In this document: positions 1 through 10,240 of the stretch, piece by piece
How the letters are laid out: the number at the start of each line of letters is the position of its first letter
Position numbering within the stretch: position 1 is the stretch's first letter
NCBI RefSeq assembly: GCF_032191835.1
Contig: NC_083240.1
Location: 13,764,001 to 13,828,000, forward strand
Origin: Heteronotia binoei
Taxonomy: Eukaryota
Reading direction: 5' to 3'
DNA length: 64,000 bases
Position numbers and translations under genes: made by a program
Notes under the pieces: model-generated
Told to the model about the DNA's origin: nothing
Databases searched by the model: none
Seen by the model: the letters and a program-made list of their open reading frames with translations, nothing else

Positions 1-548
1 AACACCGTCCCGGTTTCCAGTGGGTTACAAATTCTGTGTGTCTCGGGCACAATTACAGCTACGTCCTCTGAAGACGACAGTAATCACCAAAGATAATACG
101 CCATAACAATTATGGTACAAACACGTGTAAATAGCATTTATACAACTTGCCTTTCATAAAAGACTTCATTAAGCTTTTTCACATAAAAAAAATAATTAAA
201 TCAGCACAACGGCTTGTTACTTTTCTTCCTATGAGGATATAAAACCATGTCTCTGCCTTTATAAAAAGCATTCATTAAACATCTTGGACGCAAACATGCT
301 GCCTCAGAGAGCCAACCATGACTGAAGAACATCCTCTACAGACTTGTCACAGAGTAACTCCTTCCCCACGCCCTTAGCTATACTGTCTACAAATATTATA
401 GAGCTGAAGGCTAGATTCTGCAAAAGGGTCCGTTTGTGTAAATGGCTAAAGGGTATCAGTTCCCCAGGCTTCTATCTAAATTGCTACCCTACACTGGTTT
501 TAGAATAGTTGTCTTTCTTTCACCCCACAAAGAATCCTTGGAATTGTA

Positions 549-774
549 GTATGGTGAAGAAGATAAGAATACTCCATTCCTTAGCTTTTTCTCTCAGGAC
601 TACACTTCCTAGGATTCCATATTAAGCTGAGACAACTATTAAACTAGCCTGCAGAAGTGCCAGAAAGATTCCCTGTTTGAATTTTGTTTCTGCCATGAAC
701 TCATAGCCTTTGGCAAACCACTCTAGCTTAGCCTCCATTCTGCCAATTGCAGAGAGGATAAGAAAAACACCAAT
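549..774. repeat. ~226 bp repeat, inverted relative to 9633-9859
   Basis: Reverse-complement match to 9633-9859; both encode the same spurious peptide SAIGRMEAKLEWFAKG. Confidence 0.85.
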
Positions 775-1453
775 CTGTCTTACAAGGCTGTAAAGACTGC
801 AACAAGATTTTTGACAGGATCCAAAGGCGTTCCTTTTGCTTGTGGAAGGAAGCATTCTACAAATGGGGGGAAAACTCACCTCAAATCCAACCCACTGTAG
901 GCAAAGCTGTTTGAATGTGCTAAGCCAAAGTATTGAGTATACCTTTTTTCTGTAATGTTTCACCCTCCCCCCCCCCAACTCGGAGGAGTGAAATCCATCC
1001 CCATGCTATAGTTATTAGCAGATATCTAAGATGCAGGAACCCTTTTGGAAACCTCAGCCTAAACTTCTTAGAAGTTACTCATTTGCAAAAAAACCACATA
1101 CACCCTCCCCAATATGCAGACACATGATCCCTTTTCATAAGGGGGAGAAAAACCTCATCAAGGTTAAAAACCAATATTCTCTTAGAGCAGCTATCTAGAA
1201 TTATTCCTAATACAAGGATTACTTTCTGACTCATTCTTTTAGAATGGCTTTCTCTCCGCAGTTGACGGGAGAACTCTAATCTTTCTGAGCGAAGAAGGAA
1301 CCCCACAACGACGCGTCAGAATATTTTAAGGGGGATATCATCTTCCCTACGCATTAGAGGAGCAACAGACATTTGTACATCAAATTGCTAACTCCTCAGG
1401 AATTTCTTAACACCGATCCGAGCCCTTCCCTCCCCTCCAGACGTCCTCCGCTT

Positions 1454-2636
1454 CTACCAAGGCCTCCACAATGGGCAGGGGGGCTTTGGTGCTGCCTTTT
1501 GGGGGGTCAGTTGCTGGACCGAAGACGAGGCTGAAGAAGAGGCCATCTCTTTGGCCGCAGATGCCCAGGGCTTCTGGAAGTGGTTCAAAAGTTTGAGCTG
1601 TGTTTCAGTGTTTGCTGAGTGAACAGCCAGAAACTGCAGCGTTTCTTTCAAGCAGGAGGAATAGCCTTTGCTGTAATCCTGGGTTAAGTTTTCAGAAGAC
1701 AGAGCCATTGCTGTAGAAAAAAAGAAGAAGAGAAAAACACAAGGTTTAGAAACCGGATAGTTCAAAGCAAGATTTAGATCTTCCACTAACAACCAGTTTG
1801 ATCATAAGGGTATATTTACTCCCCAGCAAGGATGAGTTTGGATTTCTCACCCCTGGCATTTTGTTCCCACCCTGGTTTCAATTTTTCTTCCCTCTTGTGA
1901 AAATTGAATCTTGTGATTTTGTGACCTGTTTTCTTGTACCAAGTCCCCCCTTCCATAAAATATGCGTTTTGGTACATTATTTGCAAGTGACGATGCACAT
2001 AGTATTAACGATGTTCACTGTATGTATGAATACTGCATACTTTGCATTTCAAAACCATACAATATAAAGAAGCCTACTTAAAATGGAATTGATGGTCATT
2101 CCCATCTCCAGAGAACCTTAGGAAATGGGGGGGGGGGTTTGCTGAGTGGGCAAAAAAGAATTATCAGAGCCCTCACCAAACTACAGTTCCCAGGATTCTT
2201 TGCAGGGGGGGAAAGCCACATCTATTACACTGGCATAGAAAAAGACAGGTTGGTAGTGTGGATTGCCTCATAGTGGAAACGGTACTCACTTTGGCTATAT
2301 TTCAGGTAGCTGACAGTCATCTCCAGAACATCTGCTTTCTCCAGTTTGGAGTTGGGCTGATGTTTCTGGAATTCCTTCTCCAGCAGAAGTTTCAGCTGCT
2401 CAATGCTGCTGTTGATCCGGTCACGGCGCAGCTTCTCCACCATGGGCTTCCGTAGCTGTGAGGTGACACAGGGAGAGAAAGAGACAAAAGATTAGCAATC
2501 AGGCTCCCTCGCTGTCCATGTTATCTTTTGTGGTGGAATCTGAACATTCTGAACTGCAAAATAAAGAGACGCTTACTCTGTTTTTCTCTTTGGAGGCCAA
2601 GATTTCCAGGGAGAGAGCGTGGGCAGTGGGTGCCAT
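1454..2636 (-). CDS. HES5: HES5 paralogue 1 (bHLH-Orange-WRPW repressor), 160 aa; complement(join(1454..1710,2290..2455,2577..2636))
   Basis: Exon 1 [20 protein letters not shown]; exon 2 [55 protein letters not shown]; exon 3 Orange domain [17 protein letters not shown] ending WRPW-stop. GT-AG introns, phases 0 and 1, frame continuous. Confidence 0.95.
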
Positions 2637-2710
2637 GCTACCGCCAGGCCCACGAGCCACTGTTTGGCTTCAGATGCACTGTCTGGAAAGGGCACAAGCC
2701 CCCCGGCTTC

Positions 2711-2948
2711 TATTTATACCCGAGAGATGCATACAAATGTATGGGGCCAGAGAGTCTCTCGTTTTCCCACACTCCCTGGCCAATCCGGGCATTGCTCCGG
2801 AACAATAGGGGAGGCATCTATTACAGCATAGTAAATTGACTGTGAATCGCCTTGGGATAATACCCTGCTCCCCAAGGAGCAGGTGGAGTGGGGAGCGTGG
2901 GTCACAATAAAGGCTGGCTTCAAGAAGGATGGGACAGGAACGTGGGAA
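2711..2948 (-). promoter_or_regulatory. HES5 paralogue 1 promoter
   Basis: TATAAATA 2711-2718; RBPJ site TGTGGGAA 2764-2771 with cryptic partner 2740-2747; CCAAT 2780-2784; SOX-like CTATTGT 2802-2808; extra CGTGGGAA 2941-2948. Confidence 0.85.
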
Positions 2949-3771
2949 ACCTCCGTCTCCCATTATCATCCAGCTCAGAGGCCTAGCGTCGGGAGCGTCA
3001 ACAACTCAATATGCTGCCTTTTTCCCAGACTTGGGCAAAAACATTCTCCAGTAGGCCAGCTCTCAGGATAGGCTCAGATTTGAGGGGGGGGGGGTGCTCC
3101 TTTCTTCCCCTCCCCTTCCAACTTGCCAGTCTTCGAAATGATTGCCATAAAGGAGTGTGAAGCAAACAGAATTAGAAAGACTAAGACCTTTTCATCGACA
3201 TTAAAGTGTGCTTAAATGAATACAGTGTGAGTCAATTTTCAGCAGATCGCAATCAAAATTTAAAAAGAAAAACATATATTCTTTGGGGGTGGGGAGGGCT
3301 GTTTGACAACAGTACAGAAGGAGGCAAGCATCCGAAATTTTGTTTCCACCCTCAAACATATAGTTTGGTTTTTTTAATTGTGGTTTTAGCTATTGTAAAC
3401 ATACAAATACTTGCCTATGAAGGAGTAAACAGGACGGGTCTTTTTTAAAAATGGCATACAGTATAACTGAGCAGAATAACATTCTGAAGTCAATAGGCTT
3501 AGGAGGATATGTATTCCTGTACAGCTCCGGGCACACAGTCGAAGGAAGTATTAAAAAGAGTGCTGTGAAAAGTGTAATAGCCACACAGTGGAAAAGTCAA
3601 TCAAGCCCACACATTCAGTTATAATATAAATGGAACCTATTTGTGATGGCTAAGATCACTGACAGACTCTCTGAAGTAGAATCTTATACTCCCACATTCG
3701 ATTTTGATACTGTTTGGTTCCCTATACTGGAACATTTGACTGTACAGGATGAAATTCCGAAAGAACAAGAC

Positions 3772-4079
3772 CAGGGGTGGCCAAACTTGCTTTATGTAAG
3801 AGTCACATAGAATAAACACCAGATGTCTGAGAGCCACAAGACATGGATGTCAGATGTATGAGAACCGCAAGACAGTAAGAGAGGGAGGGAGGAAAGCAAA
3901 TAGATGGGGGAGGTAGAACTAGAAAGAAAGCAACTTTAACTTTAAATGCATTCTCCAAGCTGCCAGCTGGCTTGGCTTGGAGAAGTGATTTAAAGAGACA
4001 GCTTGGAGAAGGTATTTGTCCACAAAGTATATGTGAAAGAGCCACATGTGGTTCCCAAGCCACAGTTTGGCCACCTCTG
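3772..4079. mobile_element. hAT-type MITE (CAGGGGTGGCCAAAC TIR family)
   Basis: TIRs CAGGGGTGGCCAAAC / GTTTGGCCACCTCTG; 8 bp TSD AACAAGAC/AACTAGAC. Related copies near 41410-41679 and 63260-63575. Confidence 0.75.
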
Positions 4080-4284
4080 AACTAGACAAATGGTGGGTTT
4101 GGTAATCTTATGTCTAATATATTTTGCATTTTGTTTTGATGGATTTTTTTATCTTATTGTTTATGCCCTTCCTTGTATTTTCTGATTTTTTTTCATTAAA
4201 GATACTTAAGTTGGGGAAAATATAGAAATAGTAATAATAGCTTTTTAGATTAAGATAATAGACTGGGGTGACAGAGACTCTCTG

Positions 4285-4645
4285 AAAATGTGACTGACCC
4301 CTACTGGGGACCTGGAGAATATTCAGAGAGTTGGCTGAATAAAGAGTGCCAGGGTGGAATTCTAACAGGAGCTCCTTTGCATATTAGGCCACACCTCCTG
4401 ATGTAGCCAATCCTCTAAGAGCTTACAAAAAAGAGCCTTGTAAACTCTTGGAGGATTAGCTACATCATGGGTGTGTGGCCTAATATGCAAAGGAGCTCCT
4501 GCTAGAATTCCACCCCTGAAGACTGCTCCTACCTCCTAGCTCTGGTGTGCCAAGGAGATCTCCCATCCACATACTTGCCAGAGTCAACTTTTGCTCAGCT
4601 TCCAAAATCTGACAAGATCGGACTTGCCTGGGCTATCCAGGTCAG
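4285..4645 (-). mobile_element. 5S rRNA-derived SINE (5S-Sauria-like), interrupted by hAT MITE at 4350-4518
   Basis: Minus-strand 5S-like head; body matches copies at 28190-28413 and 37300-37679. Confidence 0.7.
4350..4518. mobile_element. Palindromic hAT MITE, family A
   Basis: Near-perfect fold-back; TSD AAGAGTGC/AAGACTGC. Confidence 0.85.
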
Positions 4646-4794
4646 GGTTGGAAATTAATATTTTACAGAGTAGTGTTACATCCGTCAATGGCTTCAATGT
4701 GGGTGGAAAGGATGTAACTCTTTTTTAAGATCTCATGCTTAGTTGTCAAGATTATTCTCAGTTTTTGAAGCTCAAGTTCTGTGTTACTCAGAAG

Positions 4795-4965
4795 CAGGGG
4801 TGGAATTCTAGCAGGAGCTCCTTTGCACAGTAGGCCACACACCCCTGGTGTAGCCAATCTTCCAAGAGCTTACAAGGCTCTTTTTTGTAAGCTCTTGGTG
4901 GATTGGCTACGTCAATGGGGTGTGGCCTAATATGCCAAGGAGCTCCTGCTAGAATTCCACCCCTG
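4795..4965. mobile_element. Palindromic hAT MITE, family A
   Basis: TIR CAGGGGTGGAATTCTAGCAGG; perfect 8 bp TSD CTCAGAAG at 4787-4794 and 4966-4973. Confidence 0.9.
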
Positions 4966-5075
4966 CTCAGAAGCCTGTATACTTTGACTCCCAGATGTAG
5001 TTGGTCAAAAGAGTCAGGATGATTGTATTTATTATCACCTCTCTCAAAATGGTGTATGTCGTCCCGCCCTTTATC

Positions 5076-5260
5076 CAGGGCATTTTTTGTAGCAGGAACT
5101 CCTTTACATATTAGGCCACACCTCCCCGATGTAGCCAATCCTCCAAGAGCTTATACGGCTCTTAGTACAGGGCCTACTGCAAGCTCTTGAAGGAATGGCT
5201 ACAAAAGGGGGGTGTAGCCTAATATGCAAAAGGAGTTCCTGCTAAAAAAAAAAAGCCCTG
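5076..5260. mobile_element. Palindromic hAT MITE, family A (CAGGGCTTTT ends)
   Basis: Fold-back structure homologous to 39954-40136. Confidence 0.8.
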
Positions 5261-5541
5261 CTTCTACCTTCACAGAAACCCAATTATACAGATTAGGCTG
5301 AGACAGAGGCCTTGGGCAGTTTTGGAACCAAAGAGGCATTTGAATCTGACTCTCTTCTGTTCAGCTGCACCACTATCCTGACTCTTTAGATTTCAGTTTC
5401 AATGTTTGCCATACTCCTGTCCCCAATTTCAGTTTTCCCATGCTGTTCATTGAAGGAATTCTGTGCAATCTAGAAGGTTGCATGTTCGTTAACCCTCCAT
5501 GCACTATTCAGGCTTCAGATAGCCTGAGCAACGGTTCGGTG

Positions 5542-6104
5542 TAGGATTGTCAGCTCTAGGTTGGAAAATACTTGGAGAATTTGGTAGTGGAACTTAAGGA
5601 GCCAGAGTTTGAGTAGGGGAGGGACCACCACAGAGTATATCACCATAGAGTTTCCCCTCCCAAGCAGCCATTGTTCTCCAGGGGAACTGATAGAATCATA
5701 TAATCATAGAGTTGGAAGGGACCTTCAGGGTCATCTAGTCCAACCCGCTACACAATGCAAGAAACCCACAAACACCTCCCTCTAAATTCACAGGATCTTC
5801 ATTGCTGTCGGGTGGCCATCTAGCCTCTGTTTCAAAACCTCCAAGGAAGGAGAGCCCACCACCTCCTGAGGAAGCCTATTCCACTGAGGAACCCTTCTAA
5901 CTGTCAGGAAGTTCTTCCTAATGTTGAGCTGGAAACTCTTCTAATTTAATTTCAATCCATTGGTTCTGGTTCTACCCTCTGGAGCCACAGAAAACAATTC
6001 CACACCATCCTCTATAGGACAGCCTTTCAAGTACTTGTCATCTGGAGATCAACTGTAATTATTCCCGAAGATCTCCAGGCCCCACCAGGAGGTTGGCAAC
6101 CCTA
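5542..6104. mobile_element. hAT-like MITE (TAGGGTTGCCA TIR family) split by a CR1 3' fragment
   Basis: MITE halves 5542-5688 and 6038-6104 flank the CR1 segment. Confidence 0.65.
5689..6037 (-). mobile_element. CR1 LINE 3' fragment
   Basis: ATAGAATCAT-type tail followed by AGAGTTGGAAGGGACC...CATCTAGTCCAACC, the typical CR1 3' end. Confidence 0.8.
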
Positions 6105-6433
6105 ATTCCGTACCCAACCCTCGGCAGAAGTATGTGTTATAAACGTCTGGTTTGCTTTTTTGACATTTCAGAGAGCAAATCCTGCCTTTTCCATTGTGCA
6201 CGGCCTGCTACGAGCTATACCGGACAAGGCGGAGAGAGGGCTAAAGACCCTGTTATGGGGTGGAGCATTTCCTCCTCGAGGAAAGGCCGCTTTGATCCCC
6301 TGTACAGTCTGGGAGAAGTATGAAACGAGTGGGCTTCAGTTATGACCGGGCGCCACCCACACAAATGCCCCGCGGGACTCCCAGGGACAGCTTGCCCCCC
6401 CCCCTTCCCGGCTGAAGCCTTCTCCTTTCTTTC

Positions 6434-6558
6434 CACGCGGTGCCGGCCAGATGGCACGAGAGGCATCGGCCCTGCGATCAGGCACACGTCTTTTGTCCGC
6501 AGTTTAACACCGTGAATGGGGCCGACGTGTGGGAAACGGAGATTTGTGAGCTCACACC
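6434..6558 (+). promoter_or_regulatory. Candidate Notch-responsive enhancer module, copy 1
   Basis: CACGCG 6434, TGGCACGAG 6452, GGCACACGTCTTTTGTC 6481-6497, TGTGGGAA 6528-6535; CpG-rich, non-repeat context. Confidence 0.6.
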
Positions 6559-7406
6559 ATCTGAGGTGAATGGTGAACCAGGCACGGTGCCCCACAGCAG
6601 CCGTCCAAGGGAGGAGGGGCTGTTGCAGATTCCCAAGTTCTCTCCTACCTTCCCTCCTCCTTCAGTGCCCATCAAAGCAGCAAGGCCATTATTGAACATC
6701 TGCTGGAAGTTAATTCCTTAAAAACACACACACACACTCGTACCCAGAGGTGCCGGCTTTCAGGAGACTTCCAAAGCCTTTGAGCAGGAAGGTCTGCCTC
6801 TGAACTCCAGGGTCAGAAGAGCTGGCTGAGAATGCCAAAGGAAATTCACTCTGCATATGCTCAGAGACACTTTGTTATTTATTTCAAACACTCTAGGCTT
6901 TTAAAAAAAAATTAGGTTCAGCAGACTTAAATAGGTTCACCTTACAACTTCAGAGTTAGATCTGCGTGGCTGAATTGATGTAGTCACCACATTTATTAAC
7001 TAGAGTGGCATTTTATTCATTAGGAGATCCAGTTTTAATTGGTGGGGCACTTTTGAAAAAAAAGCTGTTTGACGGGGGAATAAGAAAAACACACAAGCCG
7101 TTCCTTCTACCGACGTGTGTGATAACTTTTTTTGTTTGACATTGCCTTAACACTAGCCTCTTGAAAAGGCACCTGTGGTAAAGTTGTCCATCATATCTTT
7201 GTTGTTCCAGGTGCTGTTTGCAGTCCCCCCCCTTCCCCATTTTATCTGCACAACAACCCTGTAAGGTAGATTAAGCTGTGAGTGATTAAAACAAAGGCCA
7301 CTCAGGGAACTTTGTGGCTGAGCCGAGGTTTTGGATTCAAGTCGTGCCCTAACATGAATGAGAAGCTAGCCTTAAACTTCCTACACTTTGGGAGATATTT
7401 ATATTT

Positions 7407-7484
7407 ATAATTTATATACATTTAAACATGGCTGGGTAAGTTATATATAACTTACCCAGCCATGTATAAATGTATATAAATTAT
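7407..7484. repeat. 78 bp loop-less palindrome
   Basis: 39 bp arms centred at 7445/7446, single mismatch (7425 vs 7466). Confidence 0.9.
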
Positions 7485-7523
7485 TTTCTACCCAATTGAC
7501 GTCACCTTATATTCTCCTTTAAA

Positions 7524-7821
7524 GAGCCCCGTGGCGCAGAGTGTTAAAGCTGCAGTATTGCAGTCCTAAGCTCTGCTCGCGACCTGAGTTCGATCCCTGG
7601 CAGAAGCTGGGTTTTCAGGTAGCCGGCTCGAGGTTGACTCAGCCTTCCATCCTTCCGAGGTTGGTAAAATGAGTACCCACCTTGCTGGAGGGAAAGTGTA
7701 GATGACTGGGGAAGGCAATGGCAAACTACCCCATAAAAAGTCTGCTATGAAAATGTTGTGAAAGCAACGTCACCCCGGAGTCGGAAACGACTGGTGCTTG
7801 CACAGGGGACCTTTCCTTTCC
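7524..7821 (+). mobile_element. Sauria SINE
   Basis: tRNA-like head, Bov-B-like tail GGGAAGGCAATGGCAAAC, flanking direct repeat TATATTCTCCT (7508-7518, 7822-7832). Confidence 0.85.
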
Positions 7822-8428
7822 TATATTCTCCTACAATGGTAAGAGTTTCTCTCCTCTCACTTTAAAAAAAAATGTAAGTAAGCCAGTATCCCTCATTTTA
7901 GTAGGATAGCCAATCCCCAGTTGGGGGCAGGGGATCCCCTGGTTTGGAGGCCCTTTCCTTGTTTCAGGGTTAGCAGGAAGTGTGGGGAGGAGCTGGCAAC
8001 CCTAATTTCTCTCAGCCTAGACTACCTCAAAGGACTGTTGTGAAGATAAAATGGAGCTGGAAAAAATCCCGCTGCAAGCCGTCTTGCTCCCCCACTGTTG
8101 AGAAAAGCAGATAAACGTCTAAAATAAATGAACACTCAGGTGTTATCTTCCAGCATCACCACACTAATGTAGGGTGCCAGGTCTGACTCAGGGAATATCT
8201 GGGGACTTTGAGGGTGGAGCCAGGAGCAAGGTTGTGACAAGCATGGTTGAACTCTGAAGGGAGATCTGGCCATCGCATTTCAAGGGACTGCATTTGTTTA
8301 AAATGCCTTCCCTCATTGGAAATAAAGCAGGATGGGGGCACCTTTGGGGGCTCATAGAATTGGACCTTCTCAGGAAACATTTCCCCCTTCTTAATGTTTT
8401 AAGCTCTATTTCACTCTTCATGAAGTCG

Positions 8429-8626
8429 NNNNNNNNNNNNNNNNNNNNNNNNNNNNNNNNNNNNNNNNNNNNNNNNNNNNNNNNNNNNNNNNNNNNNNNN
8501 NNNNNNNNNNNNNNNNNNNNNNNNNNNNNNNNNNNNNNNNNNNNNNNNNNNNNNNNNNNNNNNNNNNNNNNNNNNNNNNNNNNNNNNNNNNNNNNNNNNN
8601 NNNNNNNNNNNNNNNNNNNNNNNNNN
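8429..8626. other. Assembly gap (198 N)
   Basis: Run of N. Confidence 1.
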
Positions 8627-8995
8627 TCCATAATTTCCTCTTTGGCTTTCTGTTGAAATACCTCCTGTATTTGAAAGGCAATTATAAGGCAGAAGCACAA
8701 CATGCAAATAATACAGCTACAATTTCAAATTCTGGATTCCCCTCTCTCTCCCCCCCCCTCCCCGCTGCCACCACCTTTCCCTCCATTTCTAGACTTTGAA
8801 GAGGCCTTCCATTGAAGTGGGAAGCCCTCTTTGGTGTCAGAGAGCGTAACATTCCCAGCATTTTGAAAAGGCCCCGGGATAATGCGGATCGATCAATGTG
8901 GTCTCTCTGAGAAAGTGAACTGCTCCAGATGGTTTATCGGGACAGGAATTGCTGGTCACCACAATGGGGAGCCGCACAGCATCACTAATGGGAGC

Positions 8996-9083
8996 TGTAG
9001 CAGGGCACGCTTCTTTTGTCGCGCCCCTGAATGTCATCAATGGGCGAGAAAGTGTGGGAAACACCGAGAAAGCCAGCCCCACA
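8996..9083 (+). promoter_or_regulatory. Candidate Notch-responsive enhancer module, copy 2
   Basis: TGTAG-N3-GGCACGCTTCTTTTGTC (9004-9020), TGTGGGAA 9053-9060, partner GCCCCACA 9076-9083. Confidence 0.6.
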
Positions 9084-9386
9084 CTCTGAGGTTAATAGAA
9101 GCATTGTCTAGAGAGCCTCCCCGGGCCATGGGGTCAGCATAATAAACATCACCCCCAGGTCTGACTCCCTCGCTGGCTAAGGGACATCCACTGGGGTTTA
9201 AAGTCAAGATTTTTTTTTTTTTTTAAACATAGGCTGATTTAATAATACTTGAGTTCTGATATAAGATATATTAAACTTGCAAGCTTTCTATTGTCAGGAT
9301 ACGCATTTCTCCGCACTGACCTACCCAACAATTAACTCTCTCGAACAGAACTCCTGGATTCTGTGTTTACCCTTAGAACCCCAACT

Positions 9387-9602
9387 GAACATATGAACAT
9401 ATGAAGCTGCATTATACTGAAGCAGACCGTCAGTCCATCGAAGTCAGTATTGTCTACTCAGACTGGCAGTGGCTCTCCAGGGTCTCAAGCTGAGATTTTT
9501 CACACCTATTTGCCTGGACCCTTTTTTGGAGATGCCGGGGATTGAACCTGGGACCTTCTGCTTACCAAGCAGATGCTCTACCACTGAGCCACCGTCCTTC
9601 CC
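9387..9602 (-). mobile_element. tRNA-derived SINE with (CATATGTT)n tail (Squam2-like, name tentative)
   Basis: A box GGCTCAGTGG and B box GGTTCAATCC; matching copies at 32163-32384 and 61469-61673. Confidence 0.8.
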
Positions 9603-9632
9603 AAATGATCCTTTTAAAAAATTATTTACAGC

Positions 9633-9859
9633 ATTGGTATTATTCTTATCCTCACTCTGCAATTGGCAGGATGGAGGCTAAGCTAGAGTGGTTTGCTAAA
9701 GGCCATGAGTTCATGGTAGAAACAAAATTCAGACTAGGAATCTTTCTGGCACTTCTGCAGGCTAGTTTAATAGTTGTCTCAGCTTAATATGGAATCCTGG
9801 GGAATGTAGTCCTGAGAGAAAAGCTAGGGAATGGAGTATTCTCAGCTTCTTCACCGTAC
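9633..9859. repeat. ~226 bp repeat, inverted relative to 549-774
   Basis: Reverse-complement match to 549-774. Confidence 0.85.
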
Positions 9860-10026
9860 CTCACAGCGAAAGGAGATTGTAAACCACTCAGAGATTGAAG
9901 GATGGGGTATACATTCAGTCTCTTCTCCTCAAGATGAATCAAGGCCCCACCATTTGCTGTTTATAAAGAAAAAGCGCCAATCAGCTCCAGCGAGAAAATC
10001 CCCTTCGCCACTAAATAAATCAGATT

Positions 10027-10240
10027 TAGGGTTGCCAGCCTCCAGGTGGGGCCTGGAGATCTCCCGCTTTTATAACCTCCAGCTGGTAGCGATCAGCTCC
10101 CCTGGAGAAAATGGCTGCTTTGAAGGGTGGACTCTAGGGCATTGGACCCTGCTGAGGCCCCTCCCCTCCTCAAAACCTGCCCTCTCCTGGATCCAGCCCC
10201 AAAGCCTCCGGGTATTTTCCAACACAGACCTGACAACCAG
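10027..10240. mobile_element. hAT-like MITE, TAGGGTTGCCA family, short form
   Basis: TAGGGTTGCCA start and degenerate TGACAACC end; shared body CCCCTGGAGAAAATGGCTGCTTTG seen in many copies. Confidence 0.7.

Noticed and set aside
622-978. 118 aa ORF sharing a peptide with ORF 9542-9787
   Set aside because: The shared peptide comes from the non-coding inverted repeat pair; no domain or splice support.
2941-2972. Paired-site geometry for CGTGGGAA at 2941 and for the RBPJ sites at 30447 and 30600
   Set aside because: No CCCAC/CTCAC/TCACAC-type partner at 15-17 nt; treated as monomeric sites.
9520-9602. tRNA gene (cloverleaf-like, apparent GGT anticodon); similar heads at 32305-32384 and in other SINEs
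   Set aside because: It continues directly into a repeated SINE body and tail found in three places, and GGT is not a usual eukaryotic anticodon. It is a SINE head.
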